Positions 10,154 to 21,487 of a DNA stretch of 64,000 nucleotides are shown here, piece after piece. The stretch comes from Andalucia godoyi And28. Taxonomy: Eukaryota; Protista; Jakobida. The translations under genes and the position numbers were made by a program. Every line of letters begins with the position of its first letter. The stretch's first letter is position 1. The notes below the pieces were generated by a model. That model was given only the letters and a program-made list of their open reading frames with translations. It did no database searches and had not been told where the DNA came from. The DNA is taken from NCBI GenBank assembly GCA_009859145.1, contig VRVR01000023.1, positions 205,319 to 269,318 of the forward strand. The letters run 5' to 3'.

Positions 10154-12115
10154 ATGAAACCGCATTCCCCGTCGCCATCTTCTTCCCGCAACAATTCCAA
10201 ATCATCGTCGAGTCCGCAGAGCTCGAGACCAAATGCCTCTGGTGTGTTCCTTGAGAATTCGACGTCGACAGCTGCGAGCTCTGAAAGGACGCAGTCGCTC
10301 TTGCAACCATCACTTGACCAATCCTCGACACAGTCAACCGCTTCGTCGACGACTCCTGCAACCCACCACAACAGTGTAATTCAGCAGAGGCCGAAACTGT
10401 TTGGCAACTATCCAAATTCAAATCCCTCCGCGTTGATCCAACCAGTTCAAAGCGAGCCCCCGTCGCACCCCCTTTTGCACAGCGGGAATAGAACGGGAGA
10501 GGAAGTTGCTGGTGCTGGAGACTGGGCTGCAATAGGGGGAAGTCATGAGCAGTTTGGATTGGGAAACGGTGCGCTAACGGAAGAAGAGAGCTCAAGTTCC
10601 GGCGGCGGAATTGGATCAATAGCGGGAACCAACAAGCAGCTCGCGCGTTCAATGGTATACCAAGCTTGTTTGGCCTGCCGACGCGCGCATGCTTGCTGTT
10701 CTGCAAAGCGTCCATGCGTGCGATGCGAGAGTCGAGGCATTCGCTGCGTGGATGACGTTCCGCGGAAACGAACGTGCAGTTGGAACACCAATATGAGCGA
10801 GGGAATGTCTGTGCTGTGTTTTCCAGTCGATTCGTATCCGAGCTCCAGCTCCAGCTCCAGCCAAGGTCATCCACAAGTGAATCAAGCGACATCCCATTCG
10901 CATGCACTGGATCACCAGTCGTCACTGCAGCATCACCACCAACAATATTCAACGCCATATGGTTCGTCACAACATCAGCAGTTCCCCCACGAACACCAAC
11001 ACCAACACCAACATCTGCAGCAGATCCAGCACCAATATCATTTTTCCCATTTTCAACCGCCAAACGTTCCCCCGCACACGCACCCGGGTTTTGGAAGCAT
11101 CCAATATTCGTTTCAAGGAATGGGTGGTCACCAGAAGCAAGTTCCGTTTGAGTATGTTGCTCTAGGGTTTCAAATGGCGACGCAATACTCCGGACAAGGG
11201 ACCTACGGTTCGGGACAGATGGGCAATCCAGTGTACCACGACCCAGATTCCAGAGCACATGCGCCGCATGCGCAGGCACCTTATCCCCATCCTGCACGCA
11301 GTCACCTCGGGCACGCACTGGCGGATGACCAGTATTCTGCTGCTTCGAGAACCCCTGCAGCGGGCCAGGGATACCATCCCCAGTTTCGTCAGCATCCTCC
11401 TGCTCGTCCTCCTGCACCTCAGGCCCCTTCTCCGCTGGTGCCGCATCACCAGTTGCATTTGCACCAGCATTCATCTCATTCATTGCCTGTTTCTCACCAG
11501 CACCAACAGCTTCAGCATGAGCGGGTGATGTTGAACAATCGATCTTCTTTTCCTCTGAAAGGAGAACCATTTCAAGGAACAGACCGTCAGAGTTTCGGGA
11601 ACACCCAGGATGTGCTGATGAGCCGTTACTCGGCGCCGCGAGCTCCTTCTGCGGTCTCTTCGGATCCCAACGCTGAATCTCGAATCCCAGCCCGGACTAT
11701 CCACCGGTCAACCCCATTTCTAGATACTGCTTCTTCGTATCCAGTGGCAGACGGAAAACTTGCAGAGTTTCCCATATCAGAACGCGCAGCGGGTTCGGAG
11801 ACATATTCTTCTTTGGACGAACTGGCAATGGCAACGCGACATGTTGCTCATAGTGCTGAGCAAAGCAGGGTCTCACCAAGTATGATGCCGTCTTCATTGG
11901 ACCACAGGGGTGCAGACAACACCATCAGAGAGGATGGTGCCAATGTATCGTCAAAGTCCTCGAAAAGAAAGCGGGCCCACATGGAGAATTCTCGCATTGT
12001 TGCTGATGGCGAGATTGTGGACCCGAGGACGAAAAGACCTTGGAAGAGAGTCGTGCTGGACGACAGCAGTCCAAAGTCACGATCCACCAAGAAGGAAGCA
12101 AATTCCGGTCCGTGA
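10154..12115 (+). CDS. Zn2Cys6 transcription factor, paralog 2 (H/Q/P-rich, no PAS-like domain seen)
   Basis: ACLACRRAHACCSAKRPCVRCESRGIRC from about 10667. Low-complexity His/Gln/Pro body and a C-terminal basic NLS-like KRKR/KRPWKR. Confidence 0.88.
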   Translation: MKPHSPSPSSSRNNSKSSSSPQSSRPNASGVFLENSTSTAASSERTQSLLQPSLDQSSTQSTASSTTPATHHNSVIQQRPKLFGNYPNSNPSALIQPVQSEPPSHPLLHSGNRTGEEVAGAGDWAAIGGSHEQFGLGNGALTEEESSSSGGGIGSIAGTNKQLARSMVYQACLACRRAHACCSAKRPCVRCESRGIRCVDDVPRKRTCSWNTNMSEGMSVLCFPVDSYPSSSSSSSQGHPQVNQATSHSHALDHQSSLQHHHQQYSTPYGSSQHQQFPHEHQHQHQHLQQIQHQYHFSHFQPPNVPPHTHPGFGSIQYSFQGMGGHQKQVPFEYVALGFQMATQYSGQGTYGSGQMGNPVYHDPDSRAHAPHAQAPYPHPARSHLGHALADDQYSAASRTPAAGQGYHPQFRQHPPARPPAPQAPSPLVPHHQLHLHQHSSHSLPVSHQHQQLQHERVMLNNRSSFPLKGEPFQGTDRQSFGNTQDVLMSRYSAPRAPSAVSSDPNAESRIPARTIHRSTPFLDTASSYPVADGKLAEFPISERAAGSETYSSLDELAMATRHVAHSAEQSRVSPSMMPSSLDHRGADNTIREDGANVSSKSSKRKRAHMENSRIVADGEIVDPRTKRPWKRVVLDDSSPKSRSTKKEANSGP

Positions 12116-15114
12116 CGGGGCACCCTCCGTCGCCCTATTCTCTGTTCTGGTTGCGGTTTCTACTCCCCTTATTGCTGGTCCATAGACTTGTGTTTTGTAG
12201 ATGTTGATCTGTACGGCGATGACGTTCACATTTTGTGCTCCAGGAACATAGGAGCTTCAGAATCGCACGAAGGCATGAGATCGATCCATGCACGAATTGT
12301 ATACTGTGTGGTAATTTAAAAAAGAAGGACCTCCTTCCTGACATTCGACGTTCCTTGTTCTAGGACACAGCATTGCGCTTCGGCTTTCAGGTGCTTCGAA
12401 ATTCGGTGGAGAACCCTCGCAGTCCTGCGGGTGTCCCCCCCGTTTTCGAGGCCCTGAGAGCCAAAAGGGAGCTTCGACTTCTGCAGAGAAAGGACTGTAG
12501 AGAGTCCATCTCCATAAAGTGACGGATGTGGGAATTGAGATTGCCGTGACGTGCCAGTGACAAATCCTCCTCGGCTCCTCCGACTCCGCGGAGATTTGCC
12601 ATAAACGACAGAACGTACTGCTCGGACATCGGGGCACCTGGCTGAAAAAGGGTGGAAATGTTCGGGGAGGTGGTTGGCACAGGATGCCCGTCACTACAGG
12701 GAAAGGAACGGAGGGGGAAGTTGTCTTTGGCAGGCTATCAAGCAGCAGAGGGAGCCAAAGAAGGGCGGTGAAAAGCGTGATATGAGTGCTGCGTCCCCTT
12801 CTCAAAACCACGGAAGTCCCCAGCAGGAACCCGAAAGATGGCACCCGGCTGTGCATCCTCTGTGGGGGACTTTGTGAAATGAAGAACTCCACACGACGCG
12901 TCTGTCACCATCGATCATCAGGGGAATACCTTGAACGTCAGGTTTCTCGACAATCCTATTCAGACACCCCGAGTTTGCTCGACCTGAGGTAGCATCGCAG
13001 GCGCGAGTCCATCGAATGCCCAACCAACGAGTCGCCGGTATTCATCCTTCACTTCGGAGGGGGTGGAGGAGGTGGGAAACAGCAGATCTCGGTTGTGGAC
13101 GTCGACGACTCTTCTTCGTGCACTAGTTTTCGACACAGTGGTGTACTTGGTTGCAAAGCCGCCGATCGACGTTGAAAGCCTGTGGCGAAGTGCAGCGCAG
13201 TGCTTGGGAAGCAGGAGGCCGTATTTGCTTATTTTGCCACCCCATTTCCACCGCATTCTGTATGTTAACCTCTTCGCTCTTTCTTTGGCGAGGAAAAAGA
13301 GCACACGACGCCGTCTGTGAGCGCTCAAGACGCTCGGGAGTTTTGCGGTGCATGGCCTGGAAACTACTCGTGGAGCGACGGTGGCGCTCAGCAAAAAAAT
13401 ATATAATAATAATCAGAAGAAGCCGAAGCGGCAGCTTGAAGAAAGAAAGACGCGAAGCAGAGAAGGCAAAGGTGCCGCCCAGTGCCGATCATCCCTTCCC
13501 CTTTTTTTATTCAACTATGCCTGCCTCCTCCTTGCGCGTGGGCCATTCCAAGAGCCGGTGACGTGCATCTTCGTTTGCTGGCCGATTCGTATTTAAAGAT
13601 GATAAAAAACAAGAGAAAATGAAATCGCCCATTTTTCAGGCCCACTTTGCGCATTTATTATTATTATTATTTTTTGACTTGGACATCATGCGCTCCCACC
13701 GGTCCCCGTTGTTTAGGGATGTGGCTCTTTCAGTCTCATAACAGAGCCGGAAACGTCGTAAAGAAAAACAACAACAACGAAAACATTAAAAAAAAAAAAT
13801 CCAAAAAACCCAAAAAACCGCATGTTTCCTTCTTCTTTATGAATCGCGTATCGCAAGGAGAGGCGTCGGATGGCCTGCTTATTGTGCCGAACACAGAGAG
13901 CGATCGGTGAGCCTACATGACGGCACCGTCCAAATGCGTGTGTCGATGAAGAGAAAGTGGACGAAAAGATCATTCACGATCGTTTACAAAACAAAATATA
14001 AAAAGAAGAAAACAAAAACACAGAAAAGGGAGGCTCAATGTGCGGTTGCTGCCTGTACTCTAGGAAGCGTTGGCACAGCTGCAGTATGTCAAAAAATGCC
14101 TGCTCCTGGACGAGCTGATCGACTGCAGTCCACGATGAAGAGGGAGTAGCAGAGCGATGGCACACAGTTCATACGGATCAAGCAGGATAAAGTCGTCACC
14201 GTTGGGAACGGCAACCGCTCCTTTTGAGAGACGGTGGTGGGGGATGGGGTGGGTTCCTTCTTCAGCGCATTTCTTGATTGGAGCGCCGAGACCTGTCAAA
14301 AACATTGAGGGCCTCCGAAGAGGCAATCGCACGTAAAGCAGCGGAGGGAACTCTGGCAAGTTTGGTATCGGGGGTTGCTGATCGGAGGCAATCGCATTTC
14401 ATGACTGCTACTGAGCAGAGCGAGGATTCTCCGGTGCCGAGGTGCTCCAATGGACCTGGAGCAGCATGCATCCGGCATCTTCGCCCGTGTGTGCTTACCA
14501 TCTTTAGAGCGACCGTTGACAGGAATCAACGAGCACCCAAAGTTGAGTATGCTTCCAAGTAGAAGCCACTTGCACTGTCTGCTGGGACTGCGAGGACGTC
14601 TGATCACATGTCAACACCGTTTTGGAACGGCCTCCGTAGGTCTGATTGGGTATTTTACCGAATAACGTTTCAGCCTTGTGCACCTCTGTTTGCCGGCAGT
14701 TCCAGCCAGACAGATGAGGGACGCCTTTCTTGGCACTTTTTTTTTGCTGTCGCTCTCTGAACCGCTGCCGGAGTTATCGTGGACGAAAAATACAATAACT
14801 CTCTGGAAGTGTTTTCTCTTTTCGCATGTCATAATAAAAACACTGCGGAATCCCGCCGCGCATTTTCCGTCTCCATCTCTGCGATCGAATCCGATACATT
14901 TCATTGTTTTGTTCTGTTTACCCTTCCTCCTCTCGCCTTCGCTTCAGTGCTTCTTCGCATTTTTTTTTTGTATCGAGTTTATGATTCTCGAAACGCCTTG
15001 AAAAAGCAATAGGAAAACGGGGGTAGAAAAAAAACACAAACAAAATTTATCTACTACTACAACGACAACAACAACAACAACCAACAATCAGAATCAGCGG
15101 ATTTTTGTTGGGAT

Positions 15115-16929
15115 ATGATTGGACCGTCGACCCCATCATCACAAGATGCTGCCGACTCGTCAGAAAAGGGCTCTGGACGCAGAAAACCAGGAAACACCGG
15201 CCCAGCTAGGAGCTCATGCGAATCCTGTCGCTTTGCACACGCAGCCTGCAACAAGGAGTTTCCTTGTTCCCGGTGCATTCGACTGAACTTGCAATGTGTT
15301 TATGATGTTAGAAGCAGGCACCCAGTGGTTACATCGTCCGTGTCTACGTCTGCGCAGGTGTCGTATCAGTTTGGACTCCCAGGAGATGATCCCACCAACA
15401 CCACCCCTTCTCCCAAGACAGACATCCACTATTTTCCCAGTGCACCTATGCAGTTTTGGCGTGCGGACGGCTCGCTACCAATTTCGGATGCGATGCCAAA
15501 CATCTTGTTGCAAGATCGACAACGGTCATCGGTGTCCAACCAATCAACATCTTCTGGATCCACGCTACCTGAGCCGACGCCGTCGCAGCCGTCTCCGGCG
15601 CTGTTCAGGAAGTTCGAGTCTGCGCCGTCTCTTCTGCTTCAGCCTGCGAATACTGGATCTGGTCAAGGCGGACAGACAGCTCCACCAAATTCGTTCGAAC
15701 AACGTCGCGTTCAGTCTTTGCCCGAAAATATGGTGCGGTTCATGCAAGGCGAGACCACCCCTTCACGAGGAGTATACAGTCAATTGTCAGGCACCAGCGG
15801 AGGAACAGGGATTTCAAACAATTCTCTGGATGCATCCCCTCCTTGCGCACCCTTTCTGAATGAGATTGAAGAAGGCAAGTCATCCTGGATCACCCAGCAG
15901 CTTCTTGAATTACGTGATGCCTGCATCCAGCGATTTCAGCTCAACGTTCTGTCTCCAGAGGAATTGGTAAGTCAGCTGCAATCCGAGCTTGGAGGGAGGT
16001 TTCCGCAGTATCCTCCATCAAACATGAACACAAGCTTTGGTAAGCAAGCAGCTGCGACAGATTCTGACGATGCTCGACGTGATCCAATGTTTGCGACAGC
16101 CAGACAACGCGGAAGCTTGAGCCTTGCCATTCTGTCCTGGATGGTGGAGTCGTGCCTGGAATTCACAAGATTAGTGGGGGACACGAACCCTTCGTTTCAC
16201 GCACAGACATCGTCGGGACCGTCATCGCTGGTGTATCAGTTTCTGGATCCTTCATCGACAGTACTTCACGTCTATTGCCATGACAACTTGCTTAAGTATG
16301 GATGGGGTGCATGGCACTTGTTTTCGGGCAAGTCCATTGGTGAACTCGTGGATCGTGTTGTGTCTCCCTTTGGTTTAATCCAGGATGACTACTTTCGAGA
16401 TCGATCCATGAATGTGGCAGTTCAGCCGAATGCGTATCCGAAGCTACATGCAACACCCGAGTATGCGGCGGCTCCATTTTCCAGTAGCCAGTCTCTTCCT
16501 TACTCTGCACCGCCACATCGATATCCACCCTATCCTCCGCCTCCGCCGCCGCCGCCTCCGCCTCCCCTTCCTGCTGCTGCGGCGGCGAAATCATCCACGA
16601 CTTCATCAAAATTGACGGATGATTTTGTGAAGCGGTACTTCTTCCTTCTTTATAGAGCACAGATGAACTACTCCGTTTCGATCCGCCGCTTCATTTGCAA
16701 CACGCCCAGTTCGGAATCGCGACCCTCCATTTCTCATGCGCTGTTCATCCGCGATGTCACTGGCGTTGTTCTCGTCACTGTCGTGGTGACATCGTTGTTT
16801 TCTGGAGTGTTTTCGAGGGAAGTTGAAATTGCCGAGGATGTTGTCTTGTCGAGTGTGGACCATGCAGCATCACAGCAGCTCATTTCCGGTGCAGATGCTG
16901 ACGGGCTCCCTCACCGATCGTTGCCTTAA
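15115..16929 (+). CDS. Zn2Cys6 transcription factor, paralog 3 (divergent PAS-like C-terminus)
   Basis: SCESCRFAHAACNKEFPCSRCIRLNLQC from about 15217. The C-terminal SIRRFI...HALFIRDVTG echoes the RRSVD...LFLRD motif of paralogs 1 and 4. Confidence 0.88.
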   Translation: MIGPSTPSSQDAADSSEKGSGRRKPGNTGPARSSCESCRFAHAACNKEFPCSRCIRLNLQCVYDVRSRHPVVTSSVSTSAQVSYQFGLPGDDPTNTTPSPKTDIHYFPSAPMQFWRADGSLPISDAMPNILLQDRQRSSVSNQSTSSGSTLPEPTPSQPSPALFRKFESAPSLLLQPANTGSGQGGQTAPPNSFEQRRVQSLPENMVRFMQGETTPSRGVYSQLSGTSGGTGISNNSLDASPPCAPFLNEIEEGKSSWITQQLLELRDACIQRFQLNVLSPEELVSQLQSELGGRFPQYPPSNMNTSFGKQAAATDSDDARRDPMFATARQRGSLSLAILSWMVESCLEFTRLVGDTNPSFHAQTSSGPSSLVYQFLDPSSTVLHVYCHDNLLKYGWGAWHLFSGKSIGELVDRVVSPFGLIQDDYFRDRSMNVAVQPNAYPKLHATPEYAAAPFSSSQSLPYSAPPHRYPPYPPPPPPPPPPPLPAAAAAKSSTTSSKLTDDFVKRYFFLLYRAQMNYSVSIRRFICNTPSSESRPSISHALFIRDVTGVVLVTVVVTSLFSGVFSREVEIAEDVVLSSVDHAASQQLISGADADGLPHRSLP

Positions 16930-17556
16930 GCTGAGCCAGCAAGTAGCAAGTTAAGAATCGGTGGCATGGCATGGTATCCCCTTTTCAAACAAAAAAAGAA
17001 GAAGAAAGAAGACAAGAAAAAGGTTGAGAGAGAGAGCGGAAGAAAAGAACGCCCACACACCAACACCAACACACACTCACGTACATGCACATCCATGTCA
17101 CCCAGACCAGCACTTCTCAGTTTTGTAGTGCACTGTATTTTTCCTCGATCACTTGTTGTTCATGCTGTATAGAATAGCAGGTTCCCATGCCAGCCGCTGA
17201 CCTCAGTATAAAATAAAGCATTACCCTACAACGCAAACCTCTCCCAAACATCTGTCTTGCATGCTGCGCCTCAAAAACAGATTATTTGGCGTGTCTAAAG
17301 TGACTTTTACAATCCGCATCAGCACCCATCCAATGAAGTTCCCCTTTTGAGTGGGACATCCGTGGGTCTGCACACCCCAAAACAGAAACAATCTGTGTTT
17401 TCGTTCAGAGCTCTCGAATTGATGAATGAGTGTATTCATTAGAAACCGTTTGGACTTTGGGAACCATGGAAAACTAGGGATTTCAACGATCTTCATTTTT
17501 TACCATTCCGAACAGATACTGTATTCATTCTGTTGATTGGCAATGGTATGTGCCAT

Positions 17557-17677
<121 letters not shown>

Positions 17678-18120
17678 GGCCGCGGTGGAGGAATCATCGA
17701 TTACAAGGAATCGGTGGTCATTATTCAACAGTGTCTCTCAATGGGCCTCGACCTGCACACCTTCAGCCATACTATCCGATGATATCCACAGCCGTCCAGC
17801 AGACGTTTTGGGTTGGAGAATTGTTGATCTAAACCGGGGCTCGATGTCGTCCAGAGTGAATTTGACTTTGGGTTTCCTCTCGGTTTTCGTCGTCTGTACG
17901 GTGAACCTTCGCTTCGAGTCCATTTGCTTCCCCTTTTTGTTCCCATGCTTGTCGCCTGCGCTGTCTGCCTGCTTCGACGTCTCCATCTGCTCGTTCCAGC
18001 CATCCTTCGGATCGAGCCACCCAAGCTACGGGGAGGGGAGGGGAAGTTCAGCAACATCAATTTAGACCAGTGTCGTCCTGAACAAACCAATTTTTTGGTT
18101 GAAAAAAAATTCTTTTCTTG

Positions 18121-18121
<1 letters not shown>

Positions 18122-18159
<38 letters not shown>
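18122..18159. repeat. (TG)n microsatellite upstream of Zn-cluster paralog 4
   Basis: Directly visible. Confidence 0.95.
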
Positions 18160-18161
<2 letters not shown>

Positions 18162-18379
18162 TTGCTTATTTGCCAAACACGAAATTGCCGAAGTTCCGCC
18201 TCTTTCGCATCCCATGTTCCAAAGCATCAATTAGATCATCGTCTCGAAATTCACGATAGAAAAAAAGGAGAACGTTTTTGTTTGCTTGTTACTTCTACCT
18301 CTTGGTACTGCTGTCAAGCTGAGAGTGTTGTCTTCGTTGATTTAGGTGATTTTCTGCTGATTACCTTTTGTGGAAGAGC

Positions 18380-19807
18380 ATGGTGAAGGAGCAAATTGGC
18401 AATGCTGCTGCATCGGCGGCGGCGGACAGCAACAGCAACAGCAGCAGCAAAGCTGCTCGTCGAACAGCTTGCGATTCATGCAAATCGTCGCATGTCGCAT
18501 GTTCGCATGAGTTACCGTGTGCTCGCTGTGTCGCCAAGAGCGTTGTTTGCGTCTACTCCAGCGCGCGAAGTAATCGAAAAAGGCTCTGGCATTCATTGTC
18601 TTGCACGGATTTCGATCCATCCGTTGAATTGGGACATGCCCAGAAGAAACATCGTTTCGTGGATCCTTCGAGCATTCCGAATCAGCTGCGAAAAAGTCCC
18701 GTGGATGTGAATGTGAATATGAATGTCAAACATGCATCCTCGGCAGTTGCTGACGAGCAGTTCGCGGATCCGCATTGTTCCACGGACGGGACAACGAATT
18801 CGTCGTCTTCGGCGGACAATCATATCCTTCACGGCGTAGTAGCCCGTGGATTCAGTGGTAACGGCATGGGTCTTGTTACGACGACATCGTCCTCGACAAC
18901 TACCGTCTCAAAGCTGCCGACTGTCGAATGCGCGGAGTTGGAGTCGGTATCAACTTCCTGTGCTCCCATACTGAACGATTTGATTGCCCATGAAAGCTCT
19001 GTCAAGTCCATTTCCATGGATACGCCGCCGGAAAACCCAAGGGCTTTGTGGGAAAAAATCCAATCGCTTCCTGCCGGAGATCTGCTGACGAACGCTCCTA
19101 GATCTGAGAGGCTACCAGCACCACTGCCGCTCTTGTGCGACCACGATACGCTCATCGCGTACAAGTTCTTGGACTTGTTTATTGACGTGTTGGAGTTTCA
19201 TGTATCAAATCGTGCGGAAAAACCTCTTGATAGCGACCGAATCGCTTCGAATGCGAAAGAAGCTGCGTCTTTGGTTGCGGGAAAGGCACAGGTAGTCTCA
19301 TATGATCTTCCTGGAGCGCAGTCACAAACCTCTCCTGCTTATAGCCCGATGTTGTACACCAAACTGTACTCGATTGTTCTTTCGCACGTTTTTGCAAGTG
19401 TATCGCAACTTGTGGAACAAACAAAATCTGTTGTCATCCTCATGGATGGTGAAAACACGCTGTTGTATGTGAATGGACGGATCGAGCAGTATTCCGAATT
19501 TCGTGTAGGGGACCTTTTGAATAAGACCTTGGGTATTGCATTCACGTTTCCGTCGGAAAGATTGGAAACGATCTTTGGCTCGTGGTACCGATCAGTGGAA
19601 AATCCGCAAGTGATTGTCCGCAGATCGGTGGACCGATTATTTGGCAACCGTCGGTGTCTAACACAGGCCCTGTTCCTGCGAGATGTGTTCGGCAAGCTGG
19701 AGCTTTCTGTCACGGTCATGACTCCCATATCCGTCTTTCCCGAATCCGTTGTTCGTGCTGAGGATTTTATCTATGGCGAGGACACTCTGCTGAAAATCAA
19801 GCGCTGA
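18380..19807 (+). CDS. Zn2Cys6 transcription factor with C-terminal PAS-like domain, paralog 4
   Basis: ACDSCKSSHVACSHELPCARCVAKSVVC from about 18470. VILMDGENTLLYVNGRIEQYSEFRVGDLLNK is PAS-like. First ATG is at 18380. Confidence 0.9.
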   Translation: MVKEQIGNAAASAAADSNSNSSSKAARRTACDSCKSSHVACSHELPCARCVAKSVVCVYSSARSNRKRLWHSLSCTDFDPSVELGHAQKKHRFVDPSSIPNQLRKSPVDVNVNMNVKHASSAVADEQFADPHCSTDGTTNSSSSADNHILHGVVARGFSGNGMGLVTTTSSSTTTVSKLPTVECAELESVSTSCAPILNDLIAHESSVKSISMDTPPENPRALWEKIQSLPAGDLLTNAPRSERLPAPLPLLCDHDTLIAYKFLDLFIDVLEFHVSNRAEKPLDSDRIASNAKEAASLVAGKAQVVSYDLPGAQSQTSPAYSPMLYTKLYSIVLSHVFASVSQLVEQTKSVVILMDGENTLLYVNGRIEQYSEFRVGDLLNKTLGIAFTFPSERLETIFGSWYRSVENPQVIVRRSVDRLFGNRRCLTQALFLRDVFGKLELSVTVMTPISVFPESVVRAEDFIYGEDTLLKIKR

Positions 19808-20081
19808 TGCTTCCTCATTCCACTTATCTTCTTTTGACCATCAACGATGGGGCAGCCTTTTCAATGCATTCTGCCTTTTTGTCGGCGATATGCACGCACG
19901 CGGCACTACGCTTCATTTGTCTTCTTTATGCAGTGTTTTTTAATTATTATTATAATAATAAGTCTTCTCTCCTTCCCCTTTTTGCAGTGCTTTTTCCGCA
20001 CCGCCACCACGATTGCGTGTTGTTTCGTGAGCTTCTTCGCCCGAGGACATTGGTGAAGATCAGACAGGAAACGTGTTCAAT

Positions 20082-21152
20082 TTATTGAAGCTTGAAACGT
20101 CCAAGAAACTTGTTTCGAAACGACGAGCAGTACATAAACCCATCCATCTCCAATCCCTCAACAATGAAAGGCACGGTCGCACTCTCGTCGTCGTGTATTC
20201 GGACAATGATTCCATCCTCGTCGAACTCCATCAACAGCCCACGCGGACGCGCAAGGCTCTGCAGAACCGACAGCGGAACAAGTCCAGCGACGAGTTTGCG
20301 GACAAGCGGGAATGCACGCAGATGCGTCCCCAGTTCAAATGGCGCGAACCTTGGGGACGCCAGTCCAGCCAAAAATGTACCTCGAGTCGGCTCCACCGAC
20401 AGATTATCAGGATATCCCGGAAGGTTGTCCATCAGATGTGTTACCTGGCCAGAGGCAAGGTTGACTTTTGCAATCGCAGCTTCGCTGGTCAGCGCAACAA
20501 AAGCATGCTCCTCTCTCGCGTCGAGGACAATGCCATTGGCGAACCGAAGCCCGTCGGCAATCAAACGCAACTTTCGCGTCTCGAGATTGAATTCAAACAA
20601 TCGCCCCGTGTTCCCCAGCTCAAGAATATCGTACATGAACTCATGCAATCCAAATCGAGTGCTTGAATCTGTGAAATACAGCTTTCCAGATTGCGCCTTT
20701 CCACCGACTGCCACTGAGTTTGTGAATGTAAAGTTCTCAAAAGCCAAGAGCTCAAGAGATCTCGTCGCTAGATTCAGCGCAAAAAGACCTTCGTAAGCAT
20801 CGCAAATATACATAATATCACGATTAGCGTTCAAGCGCATCCCGAGAGGCCGCTTCGTTCGTGCAATCTCCTCAAATCGCACCTTTTCGGCGTCTCGATC
20901 ATGGAGGACGCGCACGATTGATCCGTTCAGCAATCCTGTGAAGAACGTTGATTCACTTTCCTTTGCGAACGACTCTGGTCCAATGAGCTCGTTCTCCCAT
21001 ATTCGTTCCGGAAATTGCATGGAAATAGTGTGATCGGCAGGAAGGGACGGAAGTGGAGCAAATACACCCGCAGTCGGTTCAATAGGCGAGCGAATGTATG
21101 CCGCCGCCAGCAAGCCTATCAAGAGAATAAACGCGTTCAACGAGGAATTCAT
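20082..21152 (-). CDS. Strictosidine synthase-like / APMAP-family six-bladed beta-propeller hydrolase
   Basis: N-terminal hydrophobic anchor (MNSSLNAFILLIGLLAAAY), then GPES, RPLGMR, CDAYEGL, LYFTDSS, GRLFEFN, FANGI and LPGYPDNL motifs. The probable start is the ATG at 21152. Confidence 0.9.
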   Translation of the reverse strand: MNSSLNAFILLIGLLAAAYIRSPIEPTAGVFAPLPSLPADHTISMQFPERIWENELIGPESFAKESESTFFTGLLNGSIVRVLHDRDAEKVRFEEIARTKRPLGMRLNANRDIMYICDAYEGLFALNLATRSLELLAFENFTFTNSVAVGGKAQSGKLYFTDSSTRFGLHEFMYDILELGNTGRLFEFNLETRKLRLIADGLRFANGIVLDAREEHAFVALTSEAAIAKVNLASGQVTHLMDNLPGYPDNLSVEPTRGTFLAGLASPRFAPFELGTHLRAFPLVRKLVAGLVPLSVLQSLARPRGLLMEFDEDGIIVRIHDDESATVPFIVEGLEMDGFMYCSSFRNKFLGRFKLQ

Positions 21153-21487
21153 GGGCTTTCCAACACTTCCAATTTTTCGGAAGCGGTCGATAAACAATAA
21201 CAGACAAACGTACTTTGGTGTGTGTCTATACGAAAAGGGCAACAAAAACAAAAACGAATACAGAGAACAAGGAGAAAAACGTTTCTGGCGCGTGCGGGGG
21301 GCAGTCGGGGCACGTTGCCAACCTCGGAAATGTCCGATGCGTCTGCGGCTAGCGCCAAATGAAGCCATGGAATACAATCCAACAGCATTGTACAGTACAA
21401 CAGCATAGTGCAATGTAATGCAATACGAAGAGGACTGAAGGCATGCACTAGATGGGCGGGTTTACATGGAATTTTTGTTCCGCAAAG

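Noticed and set aside
12960-13394. Minus-strand ORF with LLLPKH...RHRL...YTTVSKT...NRD reminiscent of TnpB/Fanzor2
   Set aside because: The motif spacing is far too compressed, and there is no RuvC-I D(P/L)G motif or zinc-finger cysteines. The resemblance is within chance.
14038-14118. Mini-ORF MCGCCLYSRKRWHSCSMSKNACSWTS as a decayed fifth zinc-cluster paralog or a UGA-readthrough selenoprotein
   Set aside because: Only 3 of the first 5 expected cysteines are in register, the spacing differs from the four paralogs, there is no downstream homology, and no SECIS was seen.
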